Assembly: GCF_016888765.1 (NCBI RefSeq)
Contig: NZ_CP069423.1
Coordinates: 110,702-142,701 of the forward strand
Direction: 5' to 3'
DNA length: 32,000 nt
DNA from: Candidatus Karelsulcia muelleri
Lineage (GTDB): Bacteria; Bacteroidota; Bacteroidia; Flavobacteriales; Blattabacteriaceae
The notes beneath the pieces are model-generated. The model was not told the origin of the DNA. It did no database searches and was given only the letters and a program-made list of their open reading frames with translations. Position numbers and translations under genes: made by a program. The stretch's first letter is position 1. Each line of letters begins with the position of its first letter. Below are positions 1-10,615 of the stretch, piece after piece.

Positions 1-10
1 TGGTTTAATA

Positions 11-2098
11 TCATTTTAAGGCTTTATTTGAGAATATCATTTTCCCATTTTTATTATCTACTCCCAAATATTTGACTAAGATTATATCTCCAATTTTTAA
101 AAAATATTCTAATCTATCAAATTGCTTAAAATTAATTTCAGAAATCTGTAAGAGGCTTTCTACACCTTTATAAATTTCAATAAATACTCCGAATTCTGTT
201 ATAGATTTAACTCTTGCCTTATAGATATTTCCAATTTTAGGAATAAGAGATTTTATTACTCTTACTGCTTTTTTAATTTCCTCATTTTTTTTTCCAATTA
301 CTTCAATACGTCCTAAATTATTTTTTTCCTCGATCAAAATACTTGTATTAGTTTCATGTTGAATGTCATTAATTTTTTTTCCACCATAACCTATCACCGC
401 CCCGATAAAGGATTTAGGTATAGTGAAAGCATAAATTTTTGGAGCATGAGGTTTAAGAAATATTCTAGGTTTTGGTATAGTTTTTAACATTTTGCTTAAA
501 ATAAATAATCTCCCAATTTTAGCCTTTAAAAGTATTTTTGCTAAAATTTCATTATTCAAACATTCAACTTTCACATCCATTTGACATGCAGTAATTCCTA
601 GTTTAGTCCCTGCTATTTTAAAATCCATATCTCCCCATGAATCTTCTTCTCCTAAGATATCTGATAGTACTATTTTTTCTCCAGTTGATTGATTGATAAT
701 TAAGCCCATCGCAATTCCTGCTACTGGTCTAATAATAGGTATTCCAGCATCCATCAAGGCTAAAGTACTTGCACATACGGTTGCCATAGAAGAGGACCCA
801 TTAGATTCTAAGACATCTGCTACTATTCTTACAGTATATGGATTATTACTTGGCAGTATATTCTTTAAAGCTCTTTGAGCTAAATTACCATGTCCTATTT
901 CACGACGTGAAATACCTCTAATAATTCTTATTTCTCCGGTAGAAAAAGGTGGAAAATTATAGTGTAAATAAAATTTTTGTTGAGCTGGTTCAGTTGGCTC
1001 AATTACAGCCTCGACTTTCTTAACGTCTGAAGAGGACCCTAAAGTAATGGTAGCTAAAGCTTGTGTTTCACCTCTTGTAAATAAGGCGGAACCATGAACT
1101 CCTGGTAAAAAATCCACTTGACACCAAATATCTCTTATTTTATTAAAATTACGTCCATCTATCCTTTGTTTTGTTTTAAACATTAAATCAAGAATAATTT
1201 TCTGTTTTAATTCGTTAAAATAATATTTTATTTCAGTTTCACTTGGCTGCATTTTTTGTTTTACTTTTTTTAATAAAGTTTCTAATTTGTCATTTCTTTT
1301 TTGTTTATTATAAAATTTATTATAAATTTTTGTTATATTGTATTTTATTAATTTGATTATTTTATCATTAAAAAAAAAATTAGCTGCTGTTTTATTGATT
1401 AGAGGTTTAAGTTGAATTTTTTTTCTTAATCGTTTTTGAGCTGATATTTGAGATTTAATATGTTTGTGAGCATATTTTATAGCTTTTAGAAGTTCCAATT
1501 CAGAGATTTCTTTCATTTCACCTTCTATCATAAGAATTGAACTGTTAGACCCACCTATAATTAACTCAAAACTTGAGTTTTTAAGTTGTTCTATTCCAGG
1601 ATTTAATACAAAAGAATTATTGACTCTAATTATTCTTACCATTGAAACCGGTTCTTTAAAAGGGATTTCAGAAATATATAATGCAGCAGAAGCTGCTAGG
1701 CAGGCTAAAACATCTGGTAATATATTTTTATCATAAGATAAAAGAGAAATCATAATTTGAATATCTTTATAGAAGTTTTTGGGAAAAATGGGTCGTAATA
1801 CACGATCTATAAGTCTCATCGTCATTATCTCTTCTTCTGTCGGTCGGCCTTCTCTTTTAAGATATCCACCCGGAATTTTACCTATCGCTGAATATTTTTC
1901 TCTATAATCTATAGTAAGTGGTAGAAAATTTCCACCTTCTTTTTCTTCTTTTGAAATTACTACTGTAGCCAGTAAAATTGTATTTCCCATTCTGATTAGA
2001 ACTGAACCATCGGCTTGCTTTGCTAATTGGCCCGTTTCAATATTTAGATATTTTCCATCCTTTAAAAATATTTTTTCTTTTATTAATTTTGGCAGCAT
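11..2098 (-). CDS. pnp: Polyribonucleotide nucleotidyltransferase (PNPase)
   Basis: 695-aa ORF with two RNase PH-type domains (GEIRIIRGISRREIGHGNLAQRALKNILP), a KH motif (IGAVIGYGGKKINDIQHET) and a C-terminal S1 domain. Confidence 0.97.
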   Translation of the reverse strand: MLPKLIKEKIFLKDGKYLNIETGQLAKQADGSVLIRMGNTILLATVVISKEEKEGGNFLPLTIDYREKYSAIGKIPGGYLKREGRPTEEEIMTMRLIDRVLRPIFPKNFYKDIQIMISLLSYDKNILPDVLACLAASAALYISEIPFKEPVSMVRIIRVNNSFVLNPGIEQLKNSSFELIIGGSNSSILMIEGEMKEISELELLKAIKYAHKHIKSQISAQKRLRKKIQLKPLINKTAANFFFNDKIIKLIKYNITKIYNKFYNKQKRNDKLETLLKKVKQKMQPSETEIKYYFNELKQKIILDLMFKTKQRIDGRNFNKIRDIWCQVDFLPGVHGSALFTRGETQALATITLGSSSDVKKVEAVIEPTEPAQQKFYLHYNFPPFSTGEIRIIRGISRREIGHGNLAQRALKNILPSNNPYTVRIVADVLESNGSSSMATVCASTLALMDAGIPIIRPVAGIAMGLIINQSTGEKIVLSDILGEEDSWGDMDFKIAGTKLGITACQMDVKVECLNNEILAKILLKAKIGRLFILSKMLKTIPKPRIFLKPHAPKIYAFTIPKSFIGAVIGYGGKKINDIQHETNTSILIEEKNNLGRIEVIGKKNEEIKKAVRVIKSLIPKIGNIYKARVKSITEFGVFIEIYKGVESLLQISEINFKQFDRLEYFLKIGDIILVKYLGVDNKNGKMIFSNKALK

Positions 2099-2100
2099 AG

Positions 2101-2271
2101 TTATTTTAGCAATGATTTAATTATTTGTTTTTTTTTAGTAAGTTTTTTAATTAAAATTCTATAAGTATTATAATCGTGTTGATTTTGTTTTAAATGATTA
2201 GTAATTATTTTTATCTTTTTATTTAAGTATAATAGTTGTGCTAGATTGGAACCAGTATCTAATTTTTTCAT
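2101..2271 (-). pseudogene. rpsO: Truncated 30S ribosomal protein S15
   Basis: The C-terminal 56 aa of the 101-aa ORF (MKKLDTGSNLAQLLYLNKKIKIITNHLKQNQHDYNTYRILIKKLTKKKQIIKSLLK) match the S15 core (DTGS..Q...L...I..LT.HLK...D......L..L...R..L..YL). The N-terminal helix and last ~20 residues are missing. It lies directly upstream of pnp, as rpsO usually does. It could be a still-used minimal gene. Confidence 0.7.
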
Positions 2272-2283
2272 TTCTAATATTTG

Positions 2284-2341
2284 ATTATATAATAATATAA
2301 TAATATAATAATATAATAATATAATATAATAAATAAATATA
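2284..2341. repeat. AT-only microsatellite-like tract (ATA/TAA units)
   Basis: Continuous run of ataatataataatataataa-type units where the rpsO 5' end would be and immediately upstream of rpmE. Confidence 0.85.
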
Positions 2342-2343
2342 AA

Positions 2344-2598
2344 ATGAAAAAAGGAATACATCCAAAAAATTATAGAATTGTAGTATTTCAAGATATAGCC
2401 AGCCAAAATAAAATATTTTGTAAATCAACAGTAGAAACTAAAAATGTTATAAAAATTAAAAATAAAGTTTATCCTTTATATAAAATGGAAGTTTCTAGCT
2501 TCTCGCATCCTACTTATATTGGGAAACTAAAATATATTAATAAAGCTGGTAGAATAGAAAAGTTTAATGCTAAATATAGCTCATATCAAAAAAGATAA
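2344..2598 (+). CDS. rpmE: 50S ribosomal protein L31 (type B, zinc-independent)
   Basis: 84 aa, MKKGIHPKNYRIVVFQDIASQNKIFCKSTVET...YPLYKMEVSSFSHPTYIGKLKYINKAGRIEKF, matching L31 type B. Confidence 0.93.
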   Translation: MKKGIHPKNYRIVVFQDIASQNKIFCKSTVETKNVIKIKNKVYPLYKMEVSSFSHPTYIGKLKYINKAGRIEKFNAKYSSYQKR

Positions 2599-2602
2599 TA
2601 TG

Positions 2603-3604
2603 CTAAGGTTTGATCGAAAATTTATCGAATAAATTTCGTTCATATTTTAATTTACCAACTAGAGCAATCATAGCTGCATTATCATTTGAAAATTGTTGTG
2701 GAAAAAAAGTTTTCCAGTTATTTTCTAGAGATTTTTTGCTAAAAAATTTTTTTAATCCAAGATTTGATGAAATTCCTCCAGAAAAAACTATATTTTTTAT
2801 TCCAGTTTTTTTAACAGTTTTATTTAATTTATCAAATAATATCTCAAAAACAGTCTCTTGAAAAGAAGCACAGATATCATTAATATTTTGGGAAATAAAT
2901 TTCCTATTTGTTTTAATTTTAGTTTTCAATAAATCTAAACAATTAGTTTGTAACCCACTAAAACTAAAATTTAATTTTTTTACTTTAGGTTTCTTAAAAC
3001 CAAAGGTTTTCGAATTCCCTAATTGAGCATATTTATCTATAATTCTCCCCCCTGGATATTTAAATCCAAGTCTTTTAGCCATATTATCAAAGAGATTTCC
3101 TAAAGAAATATCGTTCGAACTCCCTAAAATTTTAAATTCTAAAAAATCTTTTACTTTTATTATATTAGTATGTCCTCCACTAATAGATAAAGAAATAAAT
3201 GGAAAATTAGGGGGAGTAGAATGTACTCCTTTAATAAAATGAGCTAGAATATGAGCTTGAATATGATTGACAGAAATTAATGGAATTTGCCAGCACAGAG
3301 CTAATGATTTTGCAAAAGCACTGCCAACTAATAAAGAACCGATTAACCCTGGGGAATTAGTAAATGCAATAGCATTAATAGTATTATTTTTAATTTTTGC
3401 CTTAAAAATAGCATTATTAACTACAGAAACTATATGCTGAAGATGCAAACTGGCAGCTAGTTCAGGGACCACTCCACCAAATTTTTGATGAATTGTTTGA
3501 GTTCTTACAATATTTGATAAAACTGTGTGGTTATTTAGAATGGCTGCACAAGTATCATCACAAGAGGTATCTATACCTAAAATAATTAAATTCTTTTTTT
3601 TCAT
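2603..3604 (-). CDS. tsaD: tRNA N6-adenosine threonylcarbamoyltransferase TsaD
   Basis: Kae1/TsaD signatures: ILGIDTSCDDTCAAIL, FTNSPGLIGSLLVG, VNHIQAHILAHF, FPFISLSISGGHTNI, DNAAMIA. The likely start is the internal ATG at 3604 (MKKKNLIILGIDTSCD); the ORF open to 3667 would overlap the rpsL start. Confidence 0.95.
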   Translation of the reverse strand: MKKKNLIILGIDTSCDDTCAAILNNHTVLSNIVRTQTIHQKFGGVVPELAASLHLQHIVSVVNNAIFKAKIKNNTINAIAFTNSPGLIGSLLVGSAFAKSLALCWQIPLISVNHIQAHILAHFIKGVHSTPPNFPFISLSISGGHTNIIKVKDFLEFKILGSSNDISLGNLFDNMAKRLGFKYPGGRIIDKYAQLGNSKTFGFKKPKVKKLNFSFSGLQTNCLDLLKTKIKTNRKFISQNINDICASFQETVFEILFDKLNKTVKKTGIKNIVFSGGISSNLGLKKFFSKKSLENNWKTFFPQQFSNDNAAMIALVGKLKYERNLFDKFSIKP

Positions 3605-3621
3605 GGTTAAAAAAAAATGAT

Positions 3622-3629
3622 TACTTTTG
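3622..3629 (+). promoter_or_regulatory. Candidate Bacteroidota -7 promoter element (TACTTTTG) for the str operon
   Basis: Exact match to the TAnnTTTG -7 consensus, 20 bp upstream of the rpsL ATG, within the 45-bp divergent tsaD/rpsL spacer. No clear -33 TTG box. Confidence 0.35.
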
Positions 3630-3649
3630 TACTTAAAGACAGTTCTATA

Positions 3650-4024
3650 ATGCCTACAATTCAACAATTAATAAAAAAAGGTAGAAAAAAAAGAAAAAAT
3701 CCAAGTAAATCTTTAGCCTTAAATCACTGTCCTCAATGTAGAGGAGTATGTCTTCGAGTATATACAACTACACCCAAAAAACCGAATTCTGCTATGAGAA
3801 AAGTTGCAAGAGTTCGTCTAAGCAATGGAAAAGAAGTAAACGCTTATATACCTGGGGAAGGACATAATCTTCAAGAACATTCAATAGTTTTGATAAGGGG
3901 AGGGCGTGTGAAGGATTTACCAGGAGTACGTTATCATATCATTAGAGGAGCTTTGGATACTTTAGGAGTTAAAGATAGAAAGAAATCCCGTTCCAAATAT
4001 GGAACCAAACAGAAAAGTAAATAA
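3650..4024 (+). CDS. rpsL: 30S ribosomal protein S12
   Basis: [78 protein letters not shown]. The true start is at 3650, not 3617. Confidence 0.97.
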   Translation: MPTIQQLIKKGRKKRKNPSKSLALNHCPQCRGVCLRVYTTTPKKPNSAMRKVARVRLSNGKEVNAYIPGEGHNLQEHSIVLIRGGRVKDLPGVRYHIIRGALDTLGVKDRKKSRSKYGTKQKSK

Positions 4025-4503
4025 TGAGAAAATTAAAAAAAACAAACAGAATATACGAACCAGATCCAAAATTTAAAGAACCATTAGTTACAAGATTTGT
4101 GAATCATTTAATGAAACATGGGAAAAAAAAATTAGCATATAGAATATTTTATAATTTTCTAGATGAATTAGAAAAGATCAATAATAAGAAAAATAAGAAA
4201 AAAGGAATAAAAATTTGGAAAAAAGCTTTAAAAAATGTTACTCCACAAGTCTATATAAGAAGCAAACGAATAGGGGGGACAAAAATAAATATACCAATTA
4301 TTATACCAAAAAACTTACAATTAACTAAAGCTATTAAATTACTTATTAATAGTTCTAAAGAAAGAAAAGAAAAAGCAATGTATAAGAAATTAGCAGGAGA
4401 AACCTTAGCAGCTTACAAAAAAGAGGGAAGAGCAATAAAAAAAAAAGATAATATGCATAAAATAGCTGAATCCAATAAAGCCTTTTCACATCTAAAATTT
4501 TAA
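4024..4503 (+). CDS. rpsG: 30S ribosomal protein S7
   Basis: 159 aa, EPLVTRFVNHLMKHGKKKLAYRIFYNFLD..., located between rpsL and fusA. Confidence 0.95.
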   Translation: MRKLKKTNRIYEPDPKFKEPLVTRFVNHLMKHGKKKLAYRIFYNFLDELEKINNKKNKKKGIKIWKKALKNVTPQVYIRSKRIGGTKINIPIIIPKNLQLTKAIKLLINSSKERKEKAMYKKLAGETLAAYKKEGRAIKKKDNMHKIAESNKAFSHLKF

Positions 4504-4515
4504 AAACCAAACCAA

Positions 4516-6609
4516 ATGGGAACAAAGTTAAAATATACAAGAAATATTGGATTCGCAGCTCATATAGATGCGGGGAAAACTACACTAACAGAAAGAATAT
4601 TATTCTATACTGGAATAAATCATAAACTTGGAGAAGTTCATGATGGTACGGCTACTATGGATTGGATGGCACAAGAACAAGAGAGAGGAATTACTATAAC
4701 TGCTGCCGCTACACGGTGTGAATGGAAAAATAAAGATAAGCTATATAAAATTAACATTATAGATACACCAGGTCATGTGGATTTTACTGTGGAAGTTGAA
4801 AGATCGTTAAGAATATTAGATGGTTTGGTGATTTTATTTAGTGCAGTGGATGGGGTTGAACCCCAATCAGAAAATATTTGGTTACAAGCTGACAAATATA
4901 AAGTACCAAGAATTTGTTTTATTAATAAGATGGATAGGCAAGGTGCGAGTTTTTTTGAAGTTTGTGATCAAATAGAAAAAGTACTAGATACTAATTGTTT
5001 GATCTTACAAATCCCTATAGGGAATGAGGACAGTTTTCAAGGGATCGTAGATCTAATTTATAAGAAAGCATTCATATGGAATGAAATTGACTTTGGCAGA
5101 ACCTTAAAAGAAATCCCAATTCCTTCGAATTTAAGCCAATTGACGGAAGAATATCGAAACAAAATGATAGAAAGGTTAGCTGAGTATGATAGTAAACTTT
5201 TTGAGAAATACTTTGATTCAAAAAACCAAATCACTGAAGAGGAGATAATAACTACTATAAAAAAACAGACCTTAAAACTGGAAATAACTCCTGTTATTTG
5301 TGGTTCAGCTTTCAAAAATAAAGGAGTCCAATATATTTTGGATGCAATCTGCAGATTTCTACCATCACCACTAGAATGTAAAAAGATATACGGTTATAGT
5401 GTGCAGGAAAAAAAAAAACAACCGATTATTCCAAAGATTAATAAACCTTTTTCAGCTTTAGCTTTTAAAATTTCTTCTGATCCTTTTGTTGGAAAATTGA
5501 CTTTTTTTAGAGTCTATTCAGGAAAAATAAAATCTGGATCTTATGTTTTAAACAGTAGAACAAATAAGAAAGAAAGGATTTCAAGAATTTATCAAATGCA
5601 TGCTAATAAACAAAATCCTATTAATTTAATTAAAACTGGTGATATTGGAGCCGCAGTAGGGATTAAAAATATTAAAACTGGAGATACTCTCTGTGATATT
5701 AAGAATCCAATTTTTTTAGAACAGATCTTTTTCCCAGCCCCCGTGATTGGATTAGCTATTGAACCTAAATACAAATCAGATATAGATAAAATGAGTATGG
5801 CGCTATCCAAATTAATAGTAGAAGATCCATCATTCCAAATTCGGAATGATCAAACCACTGGACAAACCATAATTTCAGGAATGGGAGAGTTACATTTAGA
5901 GATTATTCTTGATAGAATTAAAAGAGAATTTAACGTTGAAGTTAATAAAGGCAAGCCACAAGTAGAATATAAAGAAATATTAACTAAAACAGTTCTTCAC
6001 AGAGAAATCTATAAAAAACAAACTGGTGGAAAAGGGAAATATGCTGATATTCTATTTCAGATTGAACCAATAAAAAAAGATTTCCAAGGGTTAAAATTTG
6101 TAAATCAAGTAAAAGGAGGAAATATTCCAACAGAATTTATTCCTTCAATAGAAAAGGGCTTTAAAGAAGCTTTAAGAAATGGGCCTTTAGCAGGATACGA
6201 AATAGAAAAAGCTAAAATTATTTTACTTGATGGATCATATCATACAGTAGATTCAGATCAACTATCTTTCGAATTAGTTAGTAAAATAGGGTTTAAAAAT
6301 GCAGCTAAAAAAGCTAAGCCATATCTTTTAGAACCTTTTATGAAGTTGGAAGTTTTTACTCATCCAAAATATATGGGTCTTATTGTTGGGGATCTGAATC
6401 GTAGGAGAGGTGTAATTCAAGGAATGGAAGATAAGCGAAAAAATGTAAAACTTATTAAAGCAGTAGTTCCACTCTCTGAAATGTTTGGGTATGTCACGGC
6501 TTTAAGGACTTTATCTTCTGGAAGAGCCACCTCAATAATGATGTTTTCTCATTATCAGAAAGCTCCTGAAAGGATTTGGAATAAAATAATATATAAAGAA
6601 ATATGTTAA
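4516..6609 (+). CDS. fusA: Elongation factor G
   Basis: 697 aa, NIGFAAHIDAGKTTLTERILFYTG, DTPGHVDFTVEVERSLRILDG, CFINKMDRQGA, full length. Confidence 0.98.
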   Translation: MGTKLKYTRNIGFAAHIDAGKTTLTERILFYTGINHKLGEVHDGTATMDWMAQEQERGITITAAATRCEWKNKDKLYKINIIDTPGHVDFTVEVERSLRILDGLVILFSAVDGVEPQSENIWLQADKYKVPRICFINKMDRQGASFFEVCDQIEKVLDTNCLILQIPIGNEDSFQGIVDLIYKKAFIWNEIDFGRTLKEIPIPSNLSQLTEEYRNKMIERLAEYDSKLFEKYFDSKNQITEEEIITTIKKQTLKLEITPVICGSAFKNKGVQYILDAICRFLPSPLECKKIYGYSVQEKKKQPIIPKINKPFSALAFKISSDPFVGKLTFFRVYSGKIKSGSYVLNSRTNKKERISRIYQMHANKQNPINLIKTGDIGAAVGIKNIKTGDTLCDIKNPIFLEQIFFPAPVIGLAIEPKYKSDIDKMSMALSKLIVEDPSFQIRNDQTTGQTIISGMGELHLEIILDRIKREFNVEVNKGKPQVEYKEILTKTVLHREIYKKQTGGKGKYADILFQIEPIKKDFQGLKFVNQVKGGNIPTEFIPSIEKGFKEALRNGPLAGYEIEKAKIILLDGSYHTVDSDQLSFELVSKIGFKNAAKKAKPYLLEPFMKLEVFTHPKYMGLIVGDLNRRRGVIQGMEDKRKNVKLIKAVVPLSEMFGYVTALRTLSSGRATSIMMFSHYQKAPERIWNKIIYKEIC

Positions 6610-6899
6610 ATTATAAAATTAAAATAAAAGCATTTGACGGATATATATTAAACCTATCAGTAATAAAAATTATGAATTACATTTCAAAGCAGAATATAAA
6701 AGTTAATGGACCAATTACCTTACCAACTAAAAAAAAAATATATACCATATTAAGATCACCACATGTGCATAAAAAATCAAGAGAACAATTTAAATGGTTC
6801 ATCCATAAAAGAGTTTTAATGGTATATAATGTAAAATCAAATTGTTTCAAACAAATTGATCTCCCTAGTGGAGTAAAATTAGAACCAAAAAAATGTTAG
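6603..6899 (+). CDS. rpsJ: 30S ribosomal protein S10
   Basis: [31 protein letters not shown]...[10 protein letters not shown], in the expected syntenic position; overlaps the fusA end by 7 bp. Confidence 0.92.
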   Translation: MLNYKIKIKAFDGYILNLSVIKIMNYISKQNIKVNGPITLPTKKKIYTILRSPHVHKKSREQFKWFIHKRVLMVYNVKSNCFKQIDLPSGVKLEPKKC

Positions 6900-7507
6900 G
6901 GCTAATTGGAAAGAAGATAGGTATGACTAGTTATTTTAATGAGTTAGGTTACTGTATACCCTGTACAGTAATAAAAGCTGGACCCTGTACAGTATTACAA
7001 AAAAAAACTCTAAAAAAAGATGGCTATTATTCTCTTCAACTAGGGTTTGAAGAGAAAAAAAAAACTAATAAACCTTTATTAGGCCATTTTAATAAATTTA
7101 ACTCCTCTCCGAAAAAAATAATATTTGAATTTGCAGGTAATTTTTTAAATTCTCCAGGAGATATAATAAAAGTAGATTTCTTTAAAGAAAATGAGAAAGT
7201 AGACATAGTAGGAAAATCGAAAGGTAAAGGCTTTCAAGGTGTTGTCAAACGTCATGGCTTTTCCGGAGTGGGCGAAAAAACACATGGTCAACATAACCGT
7301 GCTCGTGCTCCTGGAGCTATTGGAGCTGGTTCAGATCCATCCAGAGTGTTTAAGGGAACACGAATGGCAGGGAGAATGGGTGGAAAAAGAAGCACGATAA
7401 AAAATTTAAATATTTTAAAAATAGATTTTAAAAGAAATTTATTAATAGTAAAAGGTTCAGTCCCAGGTCCCAAAAATTCTTATTTATTAATAAATAAAAT
7501 TGGATAA
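6893..7507 (+). CDS. rplC: 50S ribosomal protein L3
   Basis: [15 protein letters not shown]..., [45 protein letters not shown]. Confidence 0.97.
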   Translation: MLGLIGKKIGMTSYFNELGYCIPCTVIKAGPCTVLQKKTLKKDGYYSLQLGFEEKKKTNKPLLGHFNKFNSSPKKIIFEFAGNFLNSPGDIIKVDFFKENEKVDIVGKSKGKGFQGVVKRHGFSGVGEKTHGQHNRARAPGAIGAGSDPSRVFKGTRMAGRMGGKRSTIKNLNILKIDFKRNLLIVKGSVPGPKNSYLLINKIG

Positions 7508-7509
7508 AA

Positions 7510-8157
7510 ATGGTAATAGAAATTTTAAATAAAAATGGTTTAAAAACTGGTAGAAAAATAAAATTTAATTATAATTTTATTTCCAATAATATTAATATAA
7601 AAACTAAAAACCATCTAATTTATTTAGAAATTAAAAGATTTTTAGCTGCAAAAAGACAAGGAAGTCATCAAACTAAAAGCAGGAGTCAGATTCAAGGAAG
7701 TAATAAAAAAATTCAGAAACAAAAAGGAAGTGGTAATGCTAGAAAAGGAGATATAAAAAATCCTTTATTTGTTGGCGGGGGGAGAATTTTTGGTCCAGTT
7801 AAAAGAAAGTATAATTTAAAATTAAATAAAAAGATAAAAAAAATTGCTATAAAAACTTTATTTTATTACAAACTTATAAATAAACAAATTAAAATTATTG
7901 AACCTTTTATGTTAAAACAAATTTCAAGCAAAACAATAAAGAAACTATTAAATAAATTAAATATATTTAAAAAAAAAATATTAATTATTACTAATAAGAG
8001 AGATAAAAATCTCTATTTTTCTTCTAGAAATTTTCAAAATGTAAAAATTATAAATATAAGAAATGGAATAAACAGTTATGATATAGCAAAAGCTTATTAC
8101 TTGATAATTAAAGAAAATTCAATAAAATATTTAGAAAATATGTTAAATAAGAGATAA
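7510..8157 (+). CDS. rplD: 50S ribosomal protein L4
   Basis: FLAAKRQGSHQTKSRSQIQGSNKKIQKQKGSGNARKGDIKNPLFVGGGRIFGPVKR. Confidence 0.93.
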   Translation: MVIEILNKNGLKTGRKIKFNYNFISNNINIKTKNHLIYLEIKRFLAAKRQGSHQTKSRSQIQGSNKKIQKQKGSGNARKGDIKNPLFVGGGRIFGPVKRKYNLKLNKKIKKIAIKTLFYYKLINKQIKIIEPFMLKQISSKTIKKLLNKLNIFKKKILIITNKRDKNLYFSSRNFQNVKIINIRNGINSYDIAKAYYLIIKENSIKYLENMLNKR

Positions 8158-8163
8158 AAAAAG

Positions 8164-8478
8164 GTGAGTGAAAAGAGAAGAAAATTCCTGTTTTATAAGA
8201 AGTATATAAATAAAAACTTAAGTAAAAAAATAAAACCAATTATAACTGAAAAAGCTCTATTTACCAATATATCAAATAATTATTATACTTTTATTTTTCC
8301 TATTTATTTTAATAAAAATGAAATTTCCAAATATCTACAGAGAGTTTATAGAATTAAGATAACCAAGTTACATACTAATATTTCTTCTAAAAAAAAGAGT
8401 AATAAAAGAATATTGAAAAAAACTTTTTCAGGAATAAAATTTCAACAGTTTAAAAAGGCTGTTTTTAAAGTAAAGTAA
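8164..8478 (+). CDS. rplW: 50S ribosomal protein L23
   Basis: [33 protein letters not shown]..., between rplD and rplB; GTG start and N-terminal extent uncertain. Confidence 0.85.
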   Translation: MSEKRRKFLFYKKYINKNLSKKIKPIITEKALFTNISNNYYTFIFPIYFNKNEISKYLQRVYRIKITKLHTNISSKKKSNKRILKKTFSGIKFQQFKKAVFKVK

Positions 8479-8479
8479 A

Positions 8480-9307
8480 ATGCCACTTAAGATAAAGAAA
8501 CCCATTACGCCAAGTCAAAGGTTTCAGATATTAAATAAATTTTCTGAAATAACTAAAACCAAACCAGAGAAATCTCTGGTTTTTGGGCTTTCGAAAAAAG
8601 GAGGAAGAAATAATACTGGAAAAATTACGATGAAATATATCGGAGGAGGACATAAAAAAAAATATAGAATAATAGATTTTAAAAGAAAAAAAAGGGGAAT
8701 TCCTGCTATAGTTAAATCTATAGAATATGATCCCAATAGATCTTGTTTTATTTCACTGCTACATTATATAGATGGTGAAAAAAAGTATATTTTATCTATT
8801 AAAGGACTTACAGTTGGACAAAAAATATTATCTGATGAAATTACGGAACCCAAAATAGGAAATGCGATGTTATTAAAAAATATCCCTTTAGGAAGTATTA
8901 TTTGCTGTATTGAATTATGCCCTAATGGGGGCGCTGCCTTAGCTCGTAGTGCTGGAACAGCTGTACAATTAATTGCGAAAACAGAAAAATATTGTACTTT
9001 GAAATTACCATCAGGTGAAACCCGAATGGTATTATCTAATTGTCTGGCAACTCTTGGTTCAGTCTCAAATCAAGATCATAAATTAGTAATTTCAGGAAAA
9101 GCTGGAAGAAATCGTAGATTAGGAAAAAGACCAAGAACAAGAGGAGTAGCTATGAATCCTGTGGATCATCCAATGGGTGGCGGAGAAGGCAAGGCCTCAG
9201 GTGGCCATCCAAGAAATCGAAATGGAATTCCTGCCCATGGTTTTAAAACACGTAAGAAAAAAAAACAATCAAATAAATATATTATAATAAAAAAAAAAAA
9301 GAAGTAA
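8480..9307 (+). CDS. rplB: 50S ribosomal protein L2
   Basis: [10 protein letters not shown]..., [50 protein letters not shown]. Confidence 0.98.
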   Translation: MPLKIKKPITPSQRFQILNKFSEITKTKPEKSLVFGLSKKGGRNNTGKITMKYIGGGHKKKYRIIDFKRKKRGIPAIVKSIEYDPNRSCFISLLHYIDGEKKYILSIKGLTVGQKILSDEITEPKIGNAMLLKNIPLGSIICCIELCPNGGAALARSAGTAVQLIAKTEKYCTLKLPSGETRMVLSNCLATLGSVSNQDHKLVISGKAGRNRRLGKRPRTRGVAMNPVDHPMGGGEGKASGGHPRNRNGIPAHGFKTRKKKKQSNKYIIIKKKKK

Positions 9308-9315
9308 TAATAATT

Positions 9316-9606
9316 ATGCCACGTTCTTTGAAAAAAGGGCCATTTATTAATTACAAATTGATTAAAAAAATAGTAATTAATAATAGATTAAAGACAAGGA
9401 AAATAATAAAAACTTGGTCAAGAGCTTCAACAATAACTCCAGAATTTATAGGCAATTCAATTGCAGTTCATAATGGGAACAAATTCCTGACAATTTATAT
9501 TTCAGAAAATATGGTAGGACATAAATTAGGAGAATTTTCTCCTACTCGAAATTTTCGTAGTCATTCTGGAGCTAAAAAAATAACACCTACTCGAAATAAA
9601 AAGTAA
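9316..9606 (+). CDS. rpsS: 30S ribosomal protein S19
   Basis: [18 protein letters not shown]...[22 protein letters not shown]...[15 protein letters not shown]. Confidence 0.97.
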   Translation: MPRSLKKGPFINYKLIKKIVINNRLKTRKIIKTWSRASTITPEFIGNSIAVHNGNKFLTIYISENMVGHKLGEFSPTRNFRSHSGAKKITPTRNKK

Positions 9607-9965
9607 TGTTTCAAAACAACAAATTATATTTCTATTATAAATCTAATAATATTAATTATTCAAAAATTAAACTGATAAAATTACTTAATATTATTAAGTC
9701 GAAAAATATTGAATATATAATGAATTTATTGGGAAATTTTAAAACCAAAGGAGCCCTCATTTTAAAAGAGATAATTTTGAATGCTTCTAAGCATTTTAGT
9801 AGACAGATAGAATCCCAAACACAAAATGTATATATAAAAAATATTCTAATTAACAAAAGCATAAGTTTTAAAAAACTGAGGGCAGCGCCACAAGGCAGAG
9901 CCAATCAAATAAAAAAACAATTTTTTAAAATTATTTTGATACTTAAAAAATGGGACAAAAGGTAA
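9606..9965 (+). CDS. rplV: 50S ribosomal protein L22
   Basis: 119 aa in the rpsS-rpsC slot, ending with an L22-like [22 protein letters not shown] segment. Confidence 0.85.
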   Translation: MFQNNKLYFYYKSNNINYSKIKLIKLLNIIKSKNIEYIMNLLGNFKTKGALILKEIILNASKHFSRQIESQTQNVYIKNILINKSISFKKLRAAPQGRANQIKKQFFKIILILKKWDKR

Positions 9966-10612
9966 ATCCGATAGCCAATAGGCTAGGAATCTCAACTTGC
10001 TGGAAATCAATATGGTATAGTGAAAAGTTTAATCAGCTGAAAGAAGATTTAGAAATACGAAAATATCTAAATATAAGATTAGCAAAATCTTCTTTATCAT
10101 ATATATATATAGAACGAAAAAAGTATAAAATTTTTCTTACAATTTCCTCTTCAAGACCTGCAATAATCATTGGAAAAGGCGGCAGTGAAATAGAAAAATT
10201 AAAAACAGAACTTAAGAAAATTACTAAGAAAAAAATAAATATTAATATACTAGAAGTAAAGATCCCAGAATTAGATGCTCTTTTAATTGCAAAAAACCTT
10301 GCCAATCAAATTGAAAATCGTCTCCCTTACAAAAAAGCTATAAAATTCGCTATTTATTCTGCCTTACGTCAAAAGGTAGAAGGGATCAAAATTAAAATTT
10401 CTGGTCGTTTAAATGGAACTGAAATGGCACGTACTGAATTTTATAAAGAAGGCAGAATTCCTTTTTCGACTTTTAGAGCTAACATAGATTATGCCACTTC
10501 TGAAGCTCAGACTCCTTATGGAAAAATAGGTATAAAAGTATGGATTATGAAAGGAGTAGTATATAATAAAAAAGACTTATATCTCTTAAGACCTAAACAG
10601 AACAAACTGTAA
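9950..10612 (+). CDS. rpsC: 30S ribosomal protein S3
   Basis: [77 protein letters not shown]. Confidence 0.97.
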   Translation: MGQKVNPIANRLGISTCWKSIWYSEKFNQLKEDLEIRKYLNIRLAKSSLSYIYIERKKYKIFLTISSSRPAIIIGKGGSEIEKLKTELKKITKKKININILEVKIPELDALLIAKNLANQIENRLPYKKAIKFAIYSALRQKVEGIKIKISGRLNGTEMARTEFYKEGRIPFSTFRANIDYATSEAQTPYGKIGIKVWIMKGVVYNKKDLYLLRPKQNKL

Positions 10613-10615
10613 GTC

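Noticed and set aside
2272-2406. N-terminal part of the 101-aa (-) ORF (MAGYILKYYNSIIFWMYSFF...)
   Set aside because: It is translated from the AT microsatellite and antisense to rpmE; not likely protein.
9656-10305. 82- and 90-aa (-) ORFs
   Set aside because: Antisense to rplV and rpsC, with hydrophobic low-complexity composition.
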